Source: Desulfuromonadales bacterium
GTDB lineage: Bacteria; Desulfobacterota; Desulfuromonadia; Desulfuromonadales; SZUA-540
Assembly: GCA_033549025.1 (NCBI GenBank)
Contig: JAWSUS010000027.1
Span: 1-41,015 of the forward strand
Length of the DNA stretch: 41,015 nucleotides
Direction of reading: 5' to 3'
Below the pieces are notes generated by a model that had not been told where the DNA came from, searched no databases, and was given only the letters and a program-made list of their open reading frames with translations. Positions within the stretch are counted from its first letter, which is position 1; the number at the start of each line of letters is the position of its first letter. Shown here one piece after another: positions 35,620-41,015 of this stretch. Position numbers and translations under genes: made by a program.

Positions 35620-36774
35620 ATGATGAAGAATTTGATTTTATGGACCACTATTCTGTGTACTTTCATTTTCTGCCATAACGCATTGGCCTTTCATGACGGC
35701 GGTGTCGCCCACTGCGACGGCTGTCACTCCATGCACGGCGGCGCCGCTAGCGGCCCGGCCCTGCAGAAGGGCTCCGATGCCAGCTCCACCTGCCTCAACT
35801 GCCACAACGGCGCCGGCGGTTATCACATCAGCAGCGCCGACGGCAGCAACACCAACGAGGGCGGTGACTTCCACTGGGTCAAGGACAACGGATACTATTA
35901 TTACTACAGGGGGATATATGTACCTCCTGACTACAGTAACCGTGGCCACAATACCATCGCCGCCGATTTCGGCATCGCTGCGGACGCCACCCTGACTACC
36001 GCTCCCGGCGGTTCCTACTTGGCCGCCAACCTTTCCTGCACTAGCTGCCATGACCCCCACGGCCAGGCCCAGGGTGGCACCCTCGGCGGCGCCGCGCCCA
36101 TCTCCGTCTCTGGCTCCTATGGCGCTGTCCCTGAAGCCGGCACCATCGCCGGCAACTACCGCCTCCTTTACGACAGCAACAAGGTCGGCTTCTCAGAAGA
36201 CGCTCCTATCGCCCGTGCCAACAGCTATGACGGCAAATCTACCCAGTACGGCAGCGGCATGTCCGGCTGGTGTGCCAACTGTCACGGCGCCTTCTACAGC
36301 CAGAGCGCTTCCAGCGGCATGCACCCAACCGATAAACCTGTTCCTCCCGTCTACAACAGCTATGTCGCTACCGGCAACTTCACCGGCACCGTCGCCACCG
36401 CCTACGATCCCCTGGTGCCCTTCGAGCGCGGTGTCACCACCGGTTCCTGGGATCTCCCCGATCCGACTGACGCGGAAACCGCCGGCGTTGGTGTCGACGG
36501 CAGCTCCAAGGTCATGTGTCTCTCCTGCCACCGCGCCCATGCCTCGGCTTTTGCCAACGCCCTGCGCTGGGACATGACCGAAGCCTTCATCGCTGAAACC
36601 TGGACTACCCTGACGGGTACTGGGGCCGTTCTGCCCACGGCAGCAGCCAAGGAATACTACAAGCACGGCGTCGAAGTGGACGTGGCTGTATTTGACCCGG
36701 CCGGCACCCCCTTCACCAACGGCTACGGTCACTATCAGCGTTCCCTGTGCAACAAGTGCCACGCACAGGACTAG
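35620..36774 (+). CDS. OmcS/OmcT-family hexaheme c-type cytochrome (putative extracellular nanowire subunit)
   Basis: Sec signal ending ALA, mature start FHDGGVAHCDGCHSMH. Six CxxCH motifs (CDGCH, CLNCH, CTSCH, CANCH, CLSCH, CNKCH). GGDFHW, SCHDPHG, GNYRLL, YGSGMSGWCANCH, CLSCHRAHAS and C-terminal QRSLCNKCHAQD match OmcS-family motifs. Confidence 0.9.
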   Translation: MMKNLILWTTILCTFIFCHNALAFHDGGVAHCDGCHSMHGGAASGPALQKGSDASSTCLNCHNGAGGYHISSADGSNTNEGGDFHWVKDNGYYYYYRGIYVPPDYSNRGHNTIAADFGIAADATLTTAPGGSYLAANLSCTSCHDPHGQAQGGTLGGAAPISVSGSYGAVPEAGTIAGNYRLLYDSNKVGFSEDAPIARANSYDGKSTQYGSGMSGWCANCHGAFYSQSASSGMHPTDKPVPPVYNSYVATGNFTGTVATAYDPLVPFERGVTTGSWDLPDPTDAETAGVGVDGSSKVMCLSCHRAHASAFANALRWDMTEAFIAETWTTLTGTGAVLPTAAAKEYYKHGVEVDVAVFDPAGTPFTNGYGHYQRSLCNKCHAQD

Positions 36775-36835
36775 CGTTACCATCCAAATAAAGAACCAGG
36801 CCAAAATGTTATTTGTCCTGAATCTGTCACAAAGA

Positions 36836-36893
36836 AAGCCTCCCTACCCAAAAGCCGGAAATGGCTTACAGGATGGAGGCTTCCCTTTACTTT
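36836..36893. terminator. stem-loop between convergent genes, possible terminator
   Basis: AAGCCTCC (36836-36843) pairs with GGAGGCTT (36875-36882), with an inner AAGCC/GGCTT stem and a T-rich tail. Confidence 0.45.
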
Positions 36894-36974
36894 CGTTACT
36901 CAAAGCCCATTCAGATAGCCCAGGTCGGTCAACGACATGACACCGGCTCCGCCTTCTCGTCACGCCTACATGGC

Positions 36975-37616
36975 CTACCCTGCCATTCTGACCCCCAATT
37001 CAAACGCCTTGCGGCAATCCTCCGGAAAGTTCTTTTCATACTTCTCACGGCGCTCCACAGGGTCGAAGTAGTTGAAGACGACCTTATCGTAGTCTTCAAA
37101 CTGGAGGGTCTCGCAGGCGTAAAGCGTTTCGGCTTGGCCGAAGATGCGTTCAAGATAATTCTGATTCGCCCCCATATGAACGGGGTACTGAACAGTCCTC
37201 ATCATTTCTTCCGAGATATTCATGGTGTAGAGCATGGCCGTCGGAATCTTGCGGCCGAAGAGTGACTGCGGCTGTTGGGAATAGACGAAATAGGGAAAGA
37301 GCAGCCGCTCCATGAAGGAGCGCATCTCCCCCGTCACCGTACCGAAGTAAATCGGCGAGCCAAGCACAAAGGCATCCGCCTTGGCCAGCTTTTCCAGTAC
37401 CGGGGTCAACCCGTCGCGCATGGCGCACTTGCCGTAACTCTTACCGCCCTTGAGCTTGCAGGCAAAGCAACTGGTACACCCCCTGAAATCAAGATCGTAA
37501 AGATGGATCAGTTCCGTTTCTGCTCCCCGTGAAGCGGCGCCCTTCAGGACTTCCTGCAGAAGCTTCGCGGTATTCCAGGATTTTCTTGGACTGCCGTTGA
37601 TCGCAAAAATATTCAT
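36975..37616 (-). CDS. flavodoxin-like / NADPH-dependent FMN reductase family protein (iron-sulfur flavoprotein-like)
   Basis: AINGSPRKSWNT, GCTSCFAC...C Cys cluster and LGSPIYFG...MRSFMERL. Confidence 0.88.
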   Translation of the reverse strand: MNIFAINGSPRKSWNTAKLLQEVLKGAASRGAETELIHLYDLDFRGCTSCFACKLKGGKSYGKCAMRDGLTPVLEKLAKADAFVLGSPIYFGTVTGEMRSFMERLLFPYFVYSQQPQSLFGRKIPTAMLYTMNISEEMMRTVQYPVHMGANQNYLERIFGQAETLYACETLQFEDYDKVVFNYFDPVERREKYEKNFPEDCRKAFELGVRMAG

Positions 37617-37699
37617 GTAAAACCTCCGTTAAACGATATCAAAAACATCCAGTCAGGGTTGAGAATAACTCTCTAATTCAACAAAATAGCGAGGATCCG

Positions 37700-39376
37700 T
37701 TAAAACCCCATCTTTTCCAGTTGCTGAATAATCATATTAATTTCTTTATCGTCTGGAGAATACTGGCGGTAAATTTTAAAATGATACAGGGCATTTTTAT
37801 ATTGTTTTAATTTGTAGTAAGATATACCAAGATTGAGATTTTTGATTCTTTCGTTTGAAAAGTAGTGGCTGATATTAATGACATGATGCCATATTTTATT
37901 TTTGTCCAAGACATTTTTGGATAATGTCATTTTGCTATTTGATCTTTCGAAAAGTAATGCTTCATAGTCTTCTGCAAGTAAGAGCCATTCTTTATTACCA
38001 TAAAGATAATGTATTATTGGAAAAACTTCTGAATTCCACAACATAGTCGGAATAACAATATACTTAATATTATTTTCATCAAGCAGGGTACTCCATTGGT
38101 TCCTCATAGTTATAATTTCATCATGTTCCCGCCATGATTTATCATAGTAGTAATGTCGGCCATCAATTGCCACAAGGTTCTTTCCATTCAAAACCCACCC
38201 TAGATACCCACCATAGGAATAATAATTGAAGATATTCCCTGTTCCATCCTTTTGCTTAAGCATGCGGGCAATCTTAATAGGAAACAAATGATCGACGATA
38301 CCAAACCCCCACCCGCCGATAAAATATGTAAAATAAGTTACTAAGGAGGCAAGTAGCACAATAATAAATATAAACACTTTAAGTTTTATTACATTAAATT
38401 TCTCAAGATAAGTTTCAAAAAAGTTTGTATATCCTTTCACATTCGGTACATACATGACAATAACGAATAGGGCTATATTTCTTGTGTATTTGTAAGCCAA
38501 TATTCCAAATACTGAAAACAAAATAAAATATACAATTTTCTTATTCCCTTTTATCAAAAATGAAAAAAAACTGATTACAAAGTAAATTGAAAAAAGGTAT
38601 ATATAGTCTGATTGCCAAAGAGGCATGAATTCTTCTGTAACCTTTAACACCTTGTTCTGCATTATGAAACTTATTGGCAAAAATAACTGTTCAAAACCAT
38701 AGGGATTAGCACAAGAAGAAATAACAGACAAAAATATTATAAATAAAAAAATAAGTTTATTTTTTTTATCAGATTCATGTCTATTATCAATTAAAAATTG
38801 AATAAAATACGCCCCCATGATTCCAATCAAAAATATTGCTGATGGATGGATATTGTTTAAAAATAAAGTCAATAAAGGCAAATAAAAAAGGAATTTTCGA
38901 TCATTTGTTGACCTGAATTTCTCCAGGAAAAAAATTTCCAATGACATTGCCAAAAAAAGAAAATTTTCTGGTCTGAAAATAAACCTGGTTTTTATAAAAA
39001 AAACAACAAGAAGAATAAATATTATTTTTAAATAATTTTTAAAATTACTTTTAGTATCTATAGATTGGTATAAAACAAAAAGGACAATTCCGCCAATAAT
39101 AGCATTGACGATATTCAGGCCATGGATACCGAACCAATTATAAATAAGATAGTAAAACAGTCCGAATCCCCATTCATGAAATGAAGAACTCTGCCCAAGG
39201 AGTGAATAGATATAAAACTCTGAGGAAGGAATTGAGCCAGTATTGACAATTTCACGACCAATGACCATGTGATACCAGATATCATAATCATTGATTTTTA
39301 TCAAAAAAGGCAGGGAAAAAACGATTATCAGAATTATGTTTTTGAATTTTATGTCTTTATGGATTTCTGAAACCAT
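37700..39376 (-). CDS. AT-rich polytopic membrane protein, putative GT-C-fold glycosyltransferase with C-terminal TPR
   Basis: DYDIWYH..IG acidic motif after TM1, about 11 TM segments, RPE, NxH, ANPYG, periplasmic FNYYSYGGYL..IDGR, and a terminal TPR-like NLGISYYKLKQYKNALYHF. Directly downstream of gtrA-gtrB. Confidence 0.65.
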   Translation of the reverse strand: MVSEIHKDIKFKNIILIIVFSLPFLIKINDYDIWYHMVIGREIVNTGSIPSSEFYIYSLLGQSSSFHEWGFGLFYYLIYNWFGIHGLNIVNAIIGGIVLFVLYQSIDTKSNFKNYLKIIFILLVVFFIKTRFIFRPENFLFLAMSLEIFFLEKFRSTNDRKFLFYLPLLTLFLNNIHPSAIFLIGIMGAYFIQFLIDNRHESDKKNKLIFLFIIFLSVISSCANPYGFEQLFLPISFIMQNKVLKVTEEFMPLWQSDYIYLFSIYFVISFFSFLIKGNKKIVYFILFSVFGILAYKYTRNIALFVIVMYVPNVKGYTNFFETYLEKFNVIKLKVFIFIIVLLASLVTYFTYFIGGWGFGIVDHLFPIKIARMLKQKDGTGNIFNYYSYGGYLGWVLNGKNLVAIDGRHYYYDKSWREHDEIITMRNQWSTLLDENNIKYIVIPTMLWNSEVFPIIHYLYGNKEWLLLAEDYEALLFERSNSKMTLSKNVLDKNKIWHHVINISHYFSNERIKNLNLGISYYKLKQYKNALYHFKIYRQYSPDDKEINMIIQQLEKMGF

Positions 39377-39454
39377 TGTTGTCGTGTTTCTCCTTTTTCC
39401 CTCTTAGTGTTCAAATTGCACACCGGCGGTACACCCGAAAGTCTACTCGAAAGG

Positions 39455-40447
39455 TCAATTCCTTGATTGAGACGATCCATTTAAAATTCCGTTACCTTGA
39501 TTAGACTTGAGGGATGAGGGCAGCATCCTGTTGATTAAATACAACGGTCTATGTTTGGTTTCATTAAACATTCTTCCCAGATACTCACCGATCACCCCTA
39601 GGCTAATCAGCTGAACACCTCCGAGAAAAAGGACCACGACCATCAGGGATGGATAACCTTTTACAGACTCGCCAAAGACAAGGGTTTTGTAAATAACAAA
39701 CGCCGCGTAGAGAAAAGCACCGAATGCGACCCCAAGCCCAAGATAAGTGGCCATTTTCAATGGGCCAATAGAGAAGGAAGTAATACCCTCCAGGGCAAAG
39801 TTCCACAGGCGCCAGTAATTCCATTTGGTATCCCCCGCAAAGCGTGGGTCACGGCGATAACTAACCGCAACCTGGGAATAGCCGATCCACGTAAAAAGGC
39901 CCTTCATAAATCGGTGCTGTTCACGCAACAGTTTTAACGCCTCAACGGCTCTGCGGCTTAGCAGGCGGAAATCTCCTGTGTCTGAGGGAATTTTCACAGG
40001 GCAGACGGACTGGATCACGCGATAGAACAGTTTAGCGGTTATCTTCTTCAGGACGGTTTCACCATCACGCGTCGTTCTGCGGGCATAAACGACATCAAAC
40101 CCTTCCTTCCATTTGGATATCAATTCTGGAATCAGTTCAGGAGGGTCCTGAAGATCTGCATCGATCACCACCACCGCGTCACCACATGTATGGTCAAGCC
40201 CAGCCGTCATGGCGATCTCCTTGCCAAAATTCCGGCTAAGGTCAATAGCCGTCACTCGCGGCTCTTCAAGCCGGATCATTGTCTCCCAGGTTTTGTCGGT
40301 GCTACCATCATTGACATAAACAATTTCCCACTCGGCTCCCAAACTTGAAAGGGTGGATACCAGGCGCCGATGGAATTCGGGTAGCACGGCTGTTTCATTG
40401 TAAGCAGGGACAACAACCGACAGTGTAAACGAGTCCTTATCTGTCAC
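39455..40447 (-). CDS. gtrB: GT2 undecaprenyl-phosphate glycosyltransferase (GtrB-like)
   Basis: GTG start at 40447 (GTGA overlap with gtrA). SVVVPAYNE, VNDGSTD, LSRNFGKE, IDADLQDPP, GDFRL, two C-terminal TM segments and GEYLGR. Confidence 0.9.
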   Translation of the reverse strand: MTDKDSFTLSVVVPAYNETAVLPEFHRRLVSTLSSLGAEWEIVYVNDGSTDKTWETMIRLEEPRVTAIDLSRNFGKEIAMTAGLDHTCGDAVVVIDADLQDPPELIPELISKWKEGFDVVYARRTTRDGETVLKKITAKLFYRVIQSVCPVKIPSDTGDFRLLSRRAVEALKLLREQHRFMKGLFTWIGYSQVAVSYRRDPRFAGDTKWNYWRLWNFALEGITSFSIGPLKMATYLGLGVAFGAFLYAAFVIYKTLVFGESVKGYPSLMVVVLFLGGVQLISLGVIGEYLGRMFNETKHRPLYLINRMLPSSLKSNQGNGILNGSSQSRN

Positions 40448-40842
40448 GGGGCAATCTCCTTGAAGGTCCAAAAGCGGTTACAGAGGAAATTCCAAACCAG
40501 AACAAGCCCCGTTGCCAAAGCTTGGCTAAAAAGATAGTAAAGCCACATTGTTCCAATAGCCATGATCAACGTATTAAGACCCAGCCCCACAAGGGCAACG
40601 ACCAAGAACTTCGTAAAGGTGGGACCGTGTGGCTTGTGGCTCCTGAAGGTGATAAGGTAGTTCAACCAATAATTTACAACCGCTCCTACAACAAAACCTG
40701 CCACCGATGCGGGCACAGGAGGTGTCCCTGCAAATTGAACCAAAAGGAACAACACCACAAAATGACTTGTTGTACCCACTGCACCAACAGCAGAGAAAAC
40801 GAGGAATTGCCTGAAGATGATCGTCTTTTGATCCAATTCCAT
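40444..40842 (-). CDS. gtrA: GtrA-family flippase-like membrane protein
   Basis: QFLVFSAVGAVGT, NYWLNYLITF and WNFLCNRFWTF motifs, four TM segments. Start uncertain (ATG at 40842 chosen). Confidence 0.88.
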   Translation of the reverse strand: MELDQKTIIFRQFLVFSAVGAVGTTSHFVVLFLLVQFAGTPPVPASVAGFVVGAVVNYWLNYLITFRSHKPHGPTFTKFLVVALVGLGLNTLIMAIGTMWLYYLFSQALATGLVLVWNFLCNRFWTFKEIAP

Positions 40843-41015
40843 AAAGACACTAAGCGTGAGGCGCCTCATCCGAATTAAAATACGAGCCCGAAACAAAAAG
40901 AACACTGGAAACCAAAACAGTCAACAGGCCGATAACCCTGAGGTCGGTCCGCAATAGTGGACACCATGTTATGGTCAGGCAGCCCCTTGCCGCCTGATGA
41001 ATTTCTTCCAGTATG

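Noticed and set aside
40975..41015. Possible 3' end of an upstream minus-strand gene (...YWKKFIRRQGAA-stop)
   Set aside because: Too short to fix the frame or the product.
1..41015. CRISPR arrays, tRNA/rRNA genes, intact IS or prophage, Sec/Pyl readthrough
   Set aside because: None were recognised by eye: no regularly spaced repeats, transposase or integrase ORFs, or genes split at in-frame TGA/TAG.

Overview
Chromosomal window from a GC-rich anaerobe, most likely Desulfuromonadales (Desulfuromonas/Geobacter-like), inferred from an OmcS-family hexaheme cytochrome and the gene content. From left to right: (1) 1-5.6 kb, a lower-GC, minus-strand, uncharacterised cluster with an output-less PAS/GAF protein, a FadR/GntR regulator with PdhR/LldR-type operators, a Tat-exported COG1237-type metallo-beta-lactamase-fold protein, a polytopic permease-like protein and two translationally coupled hypothetical proteins, one of which is missing from the ORF track. 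(2) 6.3-30.7 kb, a short/branched-chain fatty acid (butyrate/isobutyrate) oxidation cluster in two minus-strand operons. It encodes two CoA-transferases, two acyl-CoA dehydrogenases, EtfAB, a membrane ETF:quinone oxidoreductase, Crt, Hbd, thiolase, IcmF, a CobA/BtuR-type adenosyltransferase, a QueG/RdhA-like Fe-S protein, a nitroreductase, an M24 peptidase, a DUF6125-like protein, a USP, a TRAP transporter and IclR. Both operons start at an identical 22-bp promoter/operator resembling a LiuR box, next to a divergent MerR-family gene. (3) A Tat-signal DUF362 protein paired with a polyferredoxin that has an internal twin-arginine motif. (4) MarR plus an orphan, atypical lipoamide-dehydrogenase-like enzyme. 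(5) An OmcS-like cytochrome with a candidate sigma54 promoter. (6) A flavodoxin/Isf-like gene. (7) A GtrA/GtrB/GT-C-like three-component glycosylation cassette whose GT-C gene is very AT-rich. No rRNA, tRNA, CRISPR array or intact mobile element was seen. Family assignments come from motif recognition by eye, not database searches. Several start codons were moved relative to the ORF track using RBS and stop/start overlaps.
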